DNA from: Dehalococcoidia bacterium | GTDB taxonomy: Bacteria > Chloroflexota > Dehalococcoidia > Bin125 | Assembly: GCA_963422755.1 (NCBI GenBank) | Contig: OY730488.1 | DNA length: 64,000 bases | Direction: 5' to 3' (one strand) | Notes under the pieces: generated by a model | What the model saw: the letters and a program-made list of their open reading frames with translations, nothing else | Database searches by the model: none | What the model was told of the DNA's origin: nothing | Shown here: positions 45,847 through 56,816 of the stretch, in pieces | Layout of the letters: each line of letters opens with the position of its first letter | Position numbering within the stretch: the stretch's first letter is position 1 | Made by a program: the position numbers and the translations under genes

Positions 45847-46827
45847 ATGAGTACCCTCGCTGATCTGTATGAGCCGATCGCCGACGATCTGGCAATCGTT
45901 GAGGACACACTGACGCTGGTCGCGCAATCGGACTTTCTGCCGCTAGAGGCGATGTTGACGCAGGTGCTCTCGCGCGGCGGCAAGCGCCTGCGACCGGCGA
46001 TCTCGCTGCTCTGCGGGGGCTTCGGTGATTATGATGCCGACACGCAGATTCCGCTCGCAGCCTCGATCGAGTTGCTGCACACCGCCACGCTCGTCCACGA
46101 CGATGTGATCGACTCCGCTGACAGGCGGCGCGGTCAGACTACGGCCAACGCGACCTTCGGCAACCCGGCCTCGGTGATGCTGGGCGACTATATGTTCGCG
46201 CACGCTGCTGAGCTGGTCGCGCGGACTGGGCACATCGGCGTCATCCGCCTCTTCGCTGACACGCTGATGGTGATGGCCAAGGGCGAATTGGCTCAGGACG
46301 TGTCGGCGTTCGATGCCGATTCAGGCACGATGCGCGACTACTATCGCCGTATTCACGGCAAGACGGCGTCGCTGTTCGCGACGGCCGGCGCGGGCGGCGC
46401 GATGATGTCCGGCTGCGATGCTCAAACGATCGAGTCGCTGCGCGAGTTCGGGCGCGCGATTGGGATGGCCTTCCAGATCGTGGATGACATCCTCGACTTC
46501 TGCGGGACCGAAGAACAGCTGGGCAAACCGGTCGGCGGCGATCTGTCGGCGGGGACATTGACGCTGCCCGCCATCGTCTTGATGGAGGAAAACCCTGACG
46601 ATAATCTCGTCAGACACTTCCTCGACGCCAAGGATGAGGCCGACCGCGCCGAGCAGCTCGAGCGCGCGCTGGACGCGGCGCGCCAGGCGCCGATCGTCGA
46701 TCGCTGCATGGCCACCGTCGAGGACTGGCGCGAGCGAGCGCTGAGCGCACTCAACGATGCACCCGGCACCGGGCCGCGCGCAGAGCTCACGGCGATCGCC
46801 GAGTTCATCACCGAACGAGACTTTTAG
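45847..46827 (+). CDS. Polyprenyl diphosphate synthase (long-chain, hepta/octaprenyl type)
   Basis: It has the first and second aspartate-rich motifs (LVHDDVIDSADRRRG; FQIVDDILD). Confidence 0.85.
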   Translation: MSTLADLYEPIADDLAIVEDTLTLVAQSDFLPLEAMLTQVLSRGGKRLRPAISLLCGGFGDYDADTQIPLAASIELLHTATLVHDDVIDSADRRRGQTTANATFGNPASVMLGDYMFAHAAELVARTGHIGVIRLFADTLMVMAKGELAQDVSAFDADSGTMRDYYRRIHGKTASLFATAGAGGAMMSGCDAQTIESLREFGRAIGMAFQIVDDILDFCGTEEQLGKPVGGDLSAGTLTLPAIVLMEENPDDNLVRHFLDAKDEADRAEQLERALDAARQAPIVDRCMATVEDWRERALSALNDAPGTGPRAELTAIAEFITERDF

Positions 46828-46855
46828 CCAAGGGAACTATGAGATAGCGCGGGCG

Positions 46856-47296
46856 TTAGTCGCGCTTCATGGGTTGCGGCTGGGGCTTGCGCTCCGGCGG
46901 CTGCTTCGCCATGCGGTCTTTCTTCAGCTCGCGTTCCTTGCGGCGATCCTCACGCGCCAACCGGCGTTCATGGATTTTCCTATCGACGAGATCGGTGTAG
47001 TCCTGGGTCGCCAGCGGCTCCTGCTCACGCCGTTTGGTGACCTGCGGGTGCTCGTAGGGGCGCGCCTGCTTGGGCAGATAGGTCACCTCCTGGCCAAGGT
47101 GCCAGTAGGTGCCCTTGTCGGGAATGCGGCGCGGATAACCCTGCCGCATGATGAAGGCCGAGAAGGATGACGGCATCACCCGCTCGCATTCGGCGTCGCA
47201 CTCAGGGCACGGCTGCGGCTCCGGCGCCTCGCGGATCGGCCGCACAACTTCAAAGATGCCTGCGCAGTCCTCACACAGATATTCATACAACGGCAT
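46856..47296 (-). CDS. FmdB/CxxC_CxxC_SSSS-type zinc-ribbon protein with a long basic C-terminal extension
   Basis: The N-terminus (MPLYEYLCEDCAGIFEVV...CPECDAE) is the classic putative-regulatory zinc ribbon. It is followed by about 100 aa rich in K/R/E/P. Confidence 0.6.
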   Translation of the reverse strand: MPLYEYLCEDCAGIFEVVRPIREAPEPQPCPECDAECERVMPSSFSAFIMRQGYPRRIPDKGTYWHLGQEVTYLPKQARPYEHPQVTKRREQEPLATQDYTDLVDRKIHERRLAREDRRKERELKKDRMAKQPPERKPQPQPMKRD

Positions 47297-47309
47297 GTTC
47301 CCGCTCCTC

Positions 47310-48116
47310 TCATTTGGCTGCGGCTCGTTGGGCGATCTCTACCGCGTTTCTGCCAATCGCCACTGCCCGCTCAAGGTCTTCCGCAAAGCTCTGCGAGCGT
47401 AGGCGGCCGTCCATCGCTTGCTCGACCGTGCGGCGCAGATGCCGCTCCAATTCCGCCGACGCAACGGCGTCCACACGCACCTGCGCCGTCGCCGTCGGCG
47501 ATGACCGACGCATGTAGCGTACCAATCGAAAGACCGGAGCCGAGAGCGGCTGTCCGATCCCGGCGCCGTGGCATCTCGGGCAGATCACCCCGCCCTCGCT
47601 CGGCGCGAAGCCGTTCCCATCAGGCCCAACCGGGTTGCGGCAGCGCACACAGGCATCGAGTTCAGGGCGGTAGCCCTGCTGGTCGAGAAAGCGCAGCGTG
47701 AACCACCAGCGCACCGCCCGCGGCTCGGGGGTGACAGCCAGCTCGTCAAGCGAGAGCCGCAGCAAGCGGTAGGACGCCCCCGACCCGGAGTCGGTGTCCG
47801 TGGAGCGGTCCACGAGTTCCGCGAGCGCCAAGGCCTCGGTCAACCGTCCGACGTCATCGTGCAGCGACGGCCAGGAGTCGAGCGTCTGCGCCTCGGTGAT
47901 CAGATCTAGCGAGCGTCCCCGCGCGATTCCGAACTGGCCTCGGCTGATCGGCTCGACATGGCCGGACAGCTTGCTGAGCGGCTTGCGCACTCCCTTGGCG
48001 ACCGCCTCGACTCGCCCGCGAGTCGGCGAGAACAGCACGCAGACGCGATCTGCGTCGCCTATCGGTCGCTGTCGCAGCACAATCGCCTCAGTGCGCAGCA
48101 AGCGGGCACGCGACAT
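47310..48116 (-). CDS. recO: DNA repair protein RecO
   Basis: An OB-fold N-terminus (LRTEAIVLRQRPIGDADRVCVLFS) and a C-terminal zinc motif (CVRC...CPRC) are present. Confidence 0.8.
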   Translation of the reverse strand: MSRARLLRTEAIVLRQRPIGDADRVCVLFSPTRGRVEAVAKGVRKPLSKLSGHVEPISRGQFGIARGRSLDLITEAQTLDSWPSLHDDVGRLTEALALAELVDRSTDTDSGSGASYRLLRLSLDELAVTPEPRAVRWWFTLRFLDQQGYRPELDACVRCRNPVGPDGNGFAPSEGGVICPRCHGAGIGQPLSAPVFRLVRYMRRSSPTATAQVRVDAVASAELERHLRRTVEQAMDGRLRSQSFAEDLERAVAIGRNAVEIAQRAAAK

Positions 48117-48754
48117 CAGCCAGTCTCTCTAGTGCCGTCGACCGGGTCCAGCTCGACGCGGTGGGTCATGGCTGCGCGCAGTGTGCGCTCGTCGGCGTAC
48201 TCGACGTCCGCGCCGACGGGTAGGCCGTGCGCGATGCGGGTGATGCGCACACCCATCGCGCCGATCACGCGTGAGAGATAGCCTGCCGTCGCCTCACCCT
48301 CAAGATTCGGATTCATCGCCAGGATGACCTCTTCGACTTCGGGATCGCCCAATCGGGTGAGCAGTTCACGCACCTTGATGTCTTCGGGTCCCACACCGTC
48401 CATCGGCGAGATCGCGCCGTGCAAGACGTGGTAACGGCCACGGTGCACGCCGGCGCGCTCGATCGCCGCGACGTCGAGCGGTTCCTCGACGACACAGATG
48501 GAAGCGGTGGAGCGCTGACTATCCATGCAGAGCTCGCAGCGGTCGGTGTCGGTGATGTTCTGGCACACGTCGCAGAGTTTGGTGACGTCCTTGACCTCAA
48601 GCAGCGCGGAAGCGAGCGCCTCGGCCTCGGCGCGGGGCGCGCGCAGGACGTGGTAGGCGAGCCGCTGCGCACTCTTGGGGCCGATCCCCGGTAGTCGGTG
48701 AAAGGCCTCAATCAGCCGGGCAATGGTGGGCGCGGTCGCTGGCGAGCGTCGCAT
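48116..48754 (-). CDS. recR: Recombination protein RecR
   Basis: It has an HhH (LPGIGPKSAQRLA), a C4 zinc finger (CDVCQN...CELC) and a Toprim region. Confidence 0.9.
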   Translation of the reverse strand: MRRSPATAPTIARLIEAFHRLPGIGPKSAQRLAYHVLRAPRAEAEALASALLEVKDVTKLCDVCQNITDTDRCELCMDSQRSTASICVVEEPLDVAAIERAGVHRGRYHVLHGAISPMDGVGPEDIKVRELLTRLGDPEVEEVILAMNPNLEGEATAGYLSRVIGAMGVRITRIAHGLPVGADVEYADERTLRAAMTHRVELDPVDGTRETG

Positions 48755-48781
48755 GGCAAGCAGCGCTTCTTCCGCAGGCCG

Positions 48782-49168
48782 CTACTGCAGGCCTGGCAGC
48801 GACAGCCCGTCCGTCAGTCCCGACATGCGCTCCTGCTGCATCGCCTCGAGCCGATCCTGCGCTTCATTCACCGCCGCCACGAACAGGTCCTGCAGCATCT
48901 CGGTGTCTTCCGGATCGACGACGTCTGGATCGATCACGACTTCGCGCAAGCGGTGATCGCCGCCGAGCGTGACGGTGATCACTCCGCCGCCGACGGACGC
49001 CTCGACGGTTGCATCCTTGAGCTCATCCTGCGCTTCCGACAGCTGGGTTTGGAGTTCCTGGGCTCGTCGCACCATTTCGGGTGAGAAGCCGCCCGCGCCG
49101 GCGACGCCTTGCCCGCGCGCCTTGTTGGAGCGTGAGGGCCGGAACATGCCGCCTTTGCGCTTCGCCAT
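48782..49168 (-). CDS. ybaB: YbaB/EbfC family nucleoid-associated protein
   Basis: It shows the typical pattern (QELQTQLSEAQDELKDATVEASVGGGVITVTLGGDHRLREVVIDPDVV) and the conserved position between dnaX and recR. Confidence 0.85.
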   Translation of the reverse strand: MAKRKGGMFRPSRSNKARGQGVAGAGGFSPEMVRRAQELQTQLSEAQDELKDATVEASVGGGVITVTLGGDHRLREVVIDPDVVDPEDTEMLQDLFVAAVNEAQDRLEAMQQERMSGLTDGLSLPGLQ

Positions 49169-49227
49169 CGACTCACCTTTCCTCGCCCAACCAGTGTAGG
49201 CGCTGCCCCAGCTCGACGGCGGTTGGG

Positions 49228-50940
<1,713 letters not shown>

Positions 50941-50971
50941 GCCGCGCCTCCCTCTGGCCTCCGCGAGCTGA

Positions 50972-51008
50972 TTGCAGCATGAGCATTATAGAACATATAA
51001 TCTGTCAA
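50972..51008. promoter_or_regulatory. AT-rich island with sigma70-like hexamers between ybeY and dnaX; orientation ambiguous
   Basis: The minus strand has TTGACA (51003-51008) and TATAAT (50985-50990) but with only a 12-nt spacer. The plus strand has TTGCAG (50972-50977), 18 nt, then TATAAT (50996-51001). Confidence 0.25.
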
Positions 51009-51051
51009 TGTCTGCAAGGCGCGTAGCGCCCACAGACGTGTGAGCCCCGTG

Positions 51052-51528
51052 TTATGTCCGCGCTGCCGATGGCAGGTCCGCCCGCTGCAGCGCCGCGCGT
51101 TCCAGCTCTCGCATCTGTGCATCCTCCGACGGCTCCTCGTGGTCGAATCCGAGCAAATGCAGGACGCCGTGGACAGCCAGCAACGCGAGCTCATCGGCCA
51201 ACGAGACGCCACGCCCGCGCGCGCCGCGCGCCGCGACCGGCAGGGCGATCACGATCTCGCCCAGCTCCGCCGCACCGTCGGGACGGCGCAGCTGGGCGAA
51301 GTCAGTGTTGAACGAGAGCACATCCGTCGCCGAGTCCTCGTCGCGGTACTGCCGATTGAGTCGCCGAACCGTGCGTGAGTCCGTCACGTGTACGGCGACG
51401 ACCCGCGCTATCCGTACTCTGCGTGATGCCAGCGTCTCCCGCACGCATCGATCCAGACTGTCCACATCGACACGGTGGACAAACGGCGGGTCGACATGGA
51501 TATCAACGATATGGCGGTCGGCGGTCAC
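51052..51528 (-). CDS. ybeY: rRNA maturation endoribonuclease YbeY
   Basis: The zinc motif HGVLHLLGFDH is present, and the size is typical. Confidence 0.9.
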   Translation of the reverse strand: MTADRHIVDIHVDPPFVHRVDVDSLDRCVRETLASRRVRIARVVAVHVTDSRTVRRLNRQYRDEDSATDVLSFNTDFAQLRRPDGAAELGEIVIALPVAARGARGRGVSLADELALLAVHGVLHLLGFDHEEPSEDAQMRELERAALQRADLPSAART

Positions 51529-51550
51529 GCCAACAGGGTAGGAGCGGCGT

Positions 51551-53023
51551 CTAGGAGAAGACCGCGGCGACGGCGGCCTCAGCGGCGTTGATCAGCAGAC
51601 CGGGGTGCAGGCCGATCACCAGCACGCCTGCGGTGACGAGACTTAGCGTGGCCAACACGCTGTTGGACGGTCGCAATGCGGGAGCATCTGCCTCGTCCTC
51701 TGCTGCGGCGTCGATGAACATCGCCTTGACTGGTCGCAGGTAGTAGGCGGCGGAGATGAGTGTGTTCACCGCTCCCACAACTGCGAGCCAGGCCAGCCCG
51801 CTTTGCACGGCGGTCTCGAACAGGTAAATCTTGCCGAAGAAGACAGCGGTCGGTGGCAGGCCGATCAGGGAGATCAGGGCGAGTGCCAAGACGAGCGCCA
51901 GCCATGGTGAGCGCTTGCCCAATCCAGCGTACTGGCGGATGTCGTAGCTGCCGCCGCGTTGGTTTGCGACCAGGATGATCACGGTGAACGCGGCCAGGTT
52001 GGTGACCGTGTATCCAGCAAGGTAGAACAGGATGCCGCTCGCGCCCAGCAGCTCGGAGCGGTCGGCGGAGATCGCCGCCAGGCCGATCAGCAGTGTCCCC
52101 GCCTGCGCGATCGAGGAATAGGCCAGCATCCGCTTGATGTTGTTTTGGCGGATCGCGAAGAAGTTGCCGACGAACATCGAGATCGTCGCCAAGACGGCGA
52201 AGATCGTCTTCCAATGCTCGGCTAAGAGGTCATCGCCCAGCGCCTCGAAGAAGACGCGGATCAGGATGGCGAACGCGGCTGCCTTCGAGGCGACCGAGAG
52301 GTAGGCGGCGATCGGCGTGGGCGCGCCGGTGTAGGCGTCGGGGGCCCACATCTGGAACGGCGCCACCGCGGCTTTGAACCCGAATCCCACGATCAGGAAG
52401 ACCGCAGCGAGCATCAGCGCGTCCTGGCGTCCATCGCCCTGCCAAGCGATGAAGTTCGCGATCTCCAACAGGTTAGTGGAGCCGCTCAGACCAACCAGCA
52501 GCGCCATCCCGTAGAGCAGCACCGCCGAGGCGATCGCCCCGGTGAGCAAGTACTTGAGGCTGCCTTCAGAGCCCCATCGATCCTTGTGGAAACCCACCAG
52601 GACGTACTGCGAGATTGCGGTCAGCTCGAGTGCTATGAAGATCATGATCAGGTCGCGCGATCCTGCTAGCAGCTGCAGCCCGGCGGTTGAGAACAGAATC
52701 AGGGCAAGGTATTCGCCACGCCGTGAGGGGGTGCGCTGCAGCGTCTCGGTCGAGACCAGTACCGCGGCCATGGCCGCGCCGGCGAGCAGAATCTGGAAAA
52801 AGATCGCAAACTTGTCGACGACCAGCACTCCGCCGAACGCCTGATTGCCAATGTGCCCCTCACTCAGCAACACAGCGGAATAGATGATTGAGCCCAGCAG
52901 CGCTCCAACGGCGAGGCCCATCAGGATGCGCCGCTGTGCGACGAAGAGGTCAGCGATCAGCAGGAAGGCGCCGACGACGAGCAGTACGAGCTCCGGTCCC
53001 AGCAGGTTGACGTCACTCAGCAT
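51551..53023 (-). CDS. nuoN: NADH-quinone oxidoreductase subunit N
   Basis: A 490-aa polytopic antiporter-like subunit, last in the nuo gene order. It overlaps nuoM by 1 nt. Confidence 0.9.
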   Translation of the reverse strand: MLSDVNLLGPELVLLVVGAFLLIADLFVAQRRILMGLAVGALLGSIIYSAVLLSEGHIGNQAFGGVLVVDKFAIFFQILLAGAAMAAVLVSTETLQRTPSRRGEYLALILFSTAGLQLLAGSRDLIMIFIALELTAISQYVLVGFHKDRWGSEGSLKYLLTGAIASAVLLYGMALLVGLSGSTNLLEIANFIAWQGDGRQDALMLAAVFLIVGFGFKAAVAPFQMWAPDAYTGAPTPIAAYLSVASKAAAFAILIRVFFEALGDDLLAEHWKTIFAVLATISMFVGNFFAIRQNNIKRMLAYSSIAQAGTLLIGLAAISADRSELLGASGILFYLAGYTVTNLAAFTVIILVANQRGGSYDIRQYAGLGKRSPWLALVLALALISLIGLPPTAVFFGKIYLFETAVQSGLAWLAVVGAVNTLISAAYYLRPVKAMFIDAAAEDEADAPALRPSNSVLATLSLVTAGVLVIGLHPGLLINAAEAAVAAVFS

Positions 53024-54585
53024 CAGCCGCCTCCCGCTACCGAACTCGCGGACGCTGCAGCCGCCTCAACGGTCGCAGCGATCGGTGCGACGCCCATTTC
53101 CAGCAAGTCCATGACGATGGATGGGTATACGCCGAGCAACACGATGAGCGCGGTCAGCGCGATGATGATCGTGTATTCGCTCCAGTGGTTGGCGTCGGGC
53201 AGGTGCGCCCACTTTTCGTCTTTGGGGCCGAAGAACGTGCGCTGCAGCGCCCAGAGGATGTAAGCCGCCGCCAGCAGGACGCCGAGTAACGCGATCGACA
53301 CGGGCGCAGTTTGTGAACCGAACGCGCCGAGGAAGATGGTGATCTCCGCGACGAAGCCAGCGAGCGCAGGTAGTCCCAGCCCAGCCAATCCGGCGAAGAC
53401 CATGCCAATGCCCAGCAGCGGGATGTAGTGCGCCAGGCCGCGCATGTCGGCGATCTGTCTCGTATGGGTACGGTCGTAGACGAGGCCGACCATCACGAAC
53501 AGCATCCCCGTGATCAGCCCATGGGTGACGAGCTGCATTGCGGCGCCGCTCATCCCGGTCGTGCCCAGCGCGGACACGCCGAGCAGCACGAATCCCATAT
53601 GCGAGACAGACGAGTAGGCAATCAGCCGCTTCAAGTCTGTCTGTCGGATGGTGATCACGGCGCCGTAGACGATCGACACGGCGCCGATGATGGCGAGCGC
53701 TAGGTCGGCGTCGGCGGCGACGTCGGGCATCAGCGTGAAGAGCAGACGCAGGATACCGTAGCCGCCCATCTTTAGCAGCACGCCGGCGAGCAGCACAGAG
53801 ACCGCGGTCGGGGCGTCGGTGTGCGCGTCGGGCAGCCAGGTGTGGAGCGGAGCGACGGGCAGCTTGATCGCGAACGCGATCAGGATGAAGGCGAAGATCG
53901 CCGGCGCGGGCAGGAAGGCTGCCGCCAGTGCGTCGTGGCGGATCTCGCGGATGTCGAAGGTGTCGGCGGCGACGCCCAGCGCCAAGAATCCGGCCAGCAT
54001 GAAGGCGGAGCCGAAGATCGTGTAGAGCACGAATTTGAGTGCGGAGTAGTTGCGGTTGCCGCTGCCCCAGATCGAGATCAGTAGGAACATCGGTATCAGC
54101 TCGAGTTCCCAGAAGAGGAAGAAGAAGATCAGATCGAGCGAGGTGAAGACTCCCAGGACCGAGGTTTCGAGCACCAGCAACCAGGCGAAGTATTCCTTCG
54201 TTCGCAGGTCTACGCGCCAGGAGACCAGCACAGCGACGACGGTGAGGAACGCGGTCAGGAACACGAGCGGCATCGAGAGTCCGTCGACGCCGAACGCGTA
54301 GGCTACGTTGAATCCGACGGCCTCGGCGGAAATCCAGTCGAACTCGTCGACGAACTGGAAGCCAGCGACCGAGCGGTCGAAGAGGATGAACATCACCAAG
54401 GCGATGAGCAGCGTGCCGAGCGATATCCCAAGTGCGAGCCACTTGGGGTAATCCACCTGGTTGCCTGGCGCGTTTTGCACCAGCCAGTCAGTGGGCGTGT
54501 GTTTGCCGGGCAGCAGCGCGATCAGCAGCACGCCCAGGAGCGGCAGAAAGATCAGCAGCGAGAGCACGGGGAATCCCGGATCCAT
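53023..54585 (-). CDS. nuoM: NADH-quinone oxidoreductase subunit M
   Basis: It has the FFLFWELELIPMF motif and WLPDAH, and is of typical length. Confidence 0.9.
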   Translation of the reverse strand: MDPGFPVLSLLIFLPLLGVLLIALLPGKHTPTDWLVQNAPGNQVDYPKWLALGISLGTLLIALVMFILFDRSVAGFQFVDEFDWISAEAVGFNVAYAFGVDGLSMPLVFLTAFLTVVAVLVSWRVDLRTKEYFAWLLVLETSVLGVFTSLDLIFFFLFWELELIPMFLLISIWGSGNRNYSALKFVLYTIFGSAFMLAGFLALGVAADTFDIREIRHDALAAAFLPAPAIFAFILIAFAIKLPVAPLHTWLPDAHTDAPTAVSVLLAGVLLKMGGYGILRLLFTLMPDVAADADLALAIIGAVSIVYGAVITIRQTDLKRLIAYSSVSHMGFVLLGVSALGTTGMSGAAMQLVTHGLITGMLFVMVGLVYDRTHTRQIADMRGLAHYIPLLGIGMVFAGLAGLGLPALAGFVAEITIFLGAFGSQTAPVSIALLGVLLAAAYILWALQRTFFGPKDEKWAHLPDANHWSEYTIIIALTALIVLLGVYPSIVMDLLEMGVAPIAATVEAAAASASSVAGGG

Positions 54586-54594
54586 CGACCGCTC

Positions 54595-56610
54595 CTAGAA
54601 CAACACGACGGCGATCCAAATGATCATGCCGCCGAGTCCGATTGAAATAGCACCCGCCTGCACCCAACCGTTCTGTACGAACCGGGCGGTACTGGCAACG
54701 GTCAACCCACCGCGCCAGGCATGATTGACGATGCCGTCGACAACGGCGGCGTCGAACCAGGCCGTGACGCGCGCGATCCCGCCGTAGAAGAGCCGGCGTG
54801 CGAGCAGATTCTCCCCGAGCGCGTCGAGGTAGAAGAGGTTCGTGGCGAACCGCTGAGCGGCAGGAATCGTCGAGCTGCCATCGATGCCCCAGCTCCGCAC
54901 GCGGTCGCGGTGGTGCATGAACATAAACGCCGCGCCGCCGGCGACGAGCGCCAGCGCCGTCGAACCCAGGAAGATGCCCCAGCTCCAGTGGAACTTGCCT
55001 GCGTGAGGTTCCGGCAGCGCGCCATAGACCCACGTCTGGAACTCGCCGCCAAAGGTCAGGAAGCCGGAGATGAACGCAATCACCGAGAGGATGATCAGCG
55101 GCGTCGTCATGCTGCGCGGGGACTCGTGAGGATGCGAGGGATCGGGGTTGCCGTGTTCGCCGGGCGCGGCCTCCTCGCCGCCGCGATACTCGCCGAAGAA
55201 CGTCATGTAGATCGCGCGCACCATATAGGCCGCGGTGAGGCCCGCGGCAAGCAGACCGAGCACGAAGACGCCTTTGTTGTGGTCCCACGCCTCAATCAGA
55301 ATCTCGTCCTTCGACCAGAAGCCCGAAAGCGGGAAGATCCCAGCGAGCGACAGCGTGCCGAGCATGAAGGTCAGGAAGGTGATCGGCATCGCCAGTCGCA
55401 GTCCGCCCATCTTGCGCATGTCGAAGGTGTTGGTGGAGTGGTTGACCGAGCCGGAGCCCAGGAAGAGCAATGCTTTGAAGAAGGCGTGCGTCATGAGATG
55501 GAAGACCGCTGCCGCGTATCCGCCAACGCCGATCGCGAACATCATGTAGGCCAGCTGCGAGATGGTCGAGTAAGCCAGCACGCGCTTGATGTCGACCTGA
55601 ACCAGCGCCAGGATCGCCGCGCCGAGCGCGGTCCCCGCGCCGATCCAGGCGATCAGGTCGGACGCGGTAGACGAGGCATGAATGACCGGGAAGAATCGCG
55701 CCAGCAGGTAGACGCCGGCGGCGACCATCGTGGCGGAGTGAACCAGCGCCGAGACGGGCGTCGGCCCCTCCATCGCGTCGGGCAGCCAGATGTGGAGCGG
55801 GAACTGTGCCGACTTGCCGACTGCGCCGGCGATCAACCCCAGTCCGAACAGCGTCATCGCCGTCTGACCGATCATCAGGCCGTTGAACGCGAACATCCCG
55901 GCCTCGGCGCCGTGCTCGGCGAGCTCGTTGATCGCGGCGATCTCGAGCGTGCCGGTGCGGCTGTAGATCAGGATCATTGCGGCCAGCATGCCGAGGTCGC
56001 CGAGGCGCGTAACCAGGAACGCCTTCTTGGCCGCCGCCGCCGCCGCTGGACGGTGGAACCAGAAACCAATCAGCAGGTACGACGTCAGACCGACCAGCTC
56101 CCAGAACGCGAACAGCATCAACAGGTTGTCAGCGAGCACCAACCCGAGCATCGAGGTCGTGAACAGCGCCATGAATGCGAAGTAGCGGCGGTAGCCGTGG
56201 TCGCCGTCCATGTACCCGGTCGAGTAGATCTGCACGAGCAGTGAGACGCCAGTCACGACGACCAGCATCACAGACGTGAGACCGTCGATCCGTACGCCGA
56301 GATTGACCGTCAGGTCACCGGCGGTGAACAGCTGGTGGGCGCCGATCTCCAGCGGCAGCCCGCGCAGACCGATCGAATCGATCAGATTGATCAGCGCCAG
56401 CGCGAATGCAACAGCGAGCGCGATGATCAGTGGTGTCGAGGCGAGGCGCGGCCCGCGGAGCTGGTCGGCGAGCGGTTGCAGGGCACCGGGATAGCGCGGA
56501 TTCCATGCTGGCAGCTGGCGCTGGAGATTCTGGTTCAGCGCGGACAGCCCAGCCAGCGCGAACGCGGTGAGCGGCAAGAAGAGAATGACCCAGAAGATCG
56601 TCTCTGGCAC
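54595..56610 (-). CDS. nuoL: NADH-quinone oxidoreductase subunit L
   Basis: 671 aa with FAFWELVGLTSYLLIGFW and WLPDAMEGPTPVSAL, plus a long C-terminal lateral-helix region. GTG start at 56608-56610. Confidence 0.9.
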   Translation of the reverse strand: MPETIFWVILFLPLTAFALAGLSALNQNLQRQLPAWNPRYPGALQPLADQLRGPRLASTPLIIALAVAFALALINLIDSIGLRGLPLEIGAHQLFTAGDLTVNLGVRIDGLTSVMLVVVTGVSLLVQIYSTGYMDGDHGYRRYFAFMALFTTSMLGLVLADNLLMLFAFWELVGLTSYLLIGFWFHRPAAAAAAKKAFLVTRLGDLGMLAAMILIYSRTGTLEIAAINELAEHGAEAGMFAFNGLMIGQTAMTLFGLGLIAGAVGKSAQFPLHIWLPDAMEGPTPVSALVHSATMVAAGVYLLARFFPVIHASSTASDLIAWIGAGTALGAAILALVQVDIKRVLAYSTISQLAYMMFAIGVGGYAAAVFHLMTHAFFKALLFLGSGSVNHSTNTFDMRKMGGLRLAMPITFLTFMLGTLSLAGIFPLSGFWSKDEILIEAWDHNKGVFVLGLLAAGLTAAYMVRAIYMTFFGEYRGGEEAAPGEHGNPDPSHPHESPRSMTTPLIILSVIAFISGFLTFGGEFQTWVYGALPEPHAGKFHWSWGIFLGSTALALVAGGAAFMFMHHRDRVRSWGIDGSSTIPAAQRFATNLFYLDALGENLLARRLFYGGIARVTAWFDAAVVDGIVNHAWRGGLTVASTARFVQNGWVQAGAISIGLGGMIIWIAVVLF

Positions 56611-56614
56611 GCCG

Positions 56615-56809
56615 CTACACCTTCCCCAGGATTTCCCACGCCACGTGCGTCTTCGAGTCGGGCACGTAGAGCATCACCGGCGCGAAGTCACCCTCATCCT
56701 TGCGCTCAGGGTCGACAACGAAGCGCACCGAGACGCCCTCGGCGAAGAGCAGTTCGCGCAGCGTCTCGGCGGCGTAGCGGTTTGGCGCGGTCAGCAGTGG
56801 GGCCCACAT
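56615..56809 (-). CDS. Small (64 aa) soluble ORF between nuoK and nuoL, DUF2007/PII-fold-like by pattern
   Basis: It starts 7 nt after the nuoK stop and ends 4 nt before the nuoL GTG. There is strong G/C third-position bias. The pattern LLTAPNRYAAETLRELLFAEGVSV...VMLYVPDSKTHVAWEIL resembles DUF2007 from memory. Not verified by HMM. Confidence 0.5.
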   Translation of the reverse strand: MWAPLLTAPNRYAAETLRELLFAEGVSVRFVVDPERKDEGDFAPVMLYVPDSKTHVAWEILGKV

Positions 56810-56816
56810 CGCGACG

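Noticed and set aside
50941-51051. SRP RNA (ffs), which often lies upstream of dnaX, and other housekeeping RNAs (tmRNA, RNase P, 6S) in the larger spacers.
   Set aside because: I could not find the conserved SRP domain IV sequence (GGAAGGAAGCAGC-like), the RNase P P4 core, or tmRNA ends in any spacer. Absence by eye is weak evidence, and a covariance-model scan would be decisive.
54721-56244. 507-aa ORF on the plus strand, antisense to nuoL. Similar long antisense or alternate-frame ORFs occur at 14293-15420, 29766-31115, 41111-42118, 42078-43073, 53066-54442 and 59582-60235.
   Set aside because: Their translations are Arg/Ala/Gly/Pro/Asp-rich with no recognisable motifs. They overlap genes with clear family signatures. 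Long open antisense frames are expected in GC-rich DNA because stop codons are AT-rich.
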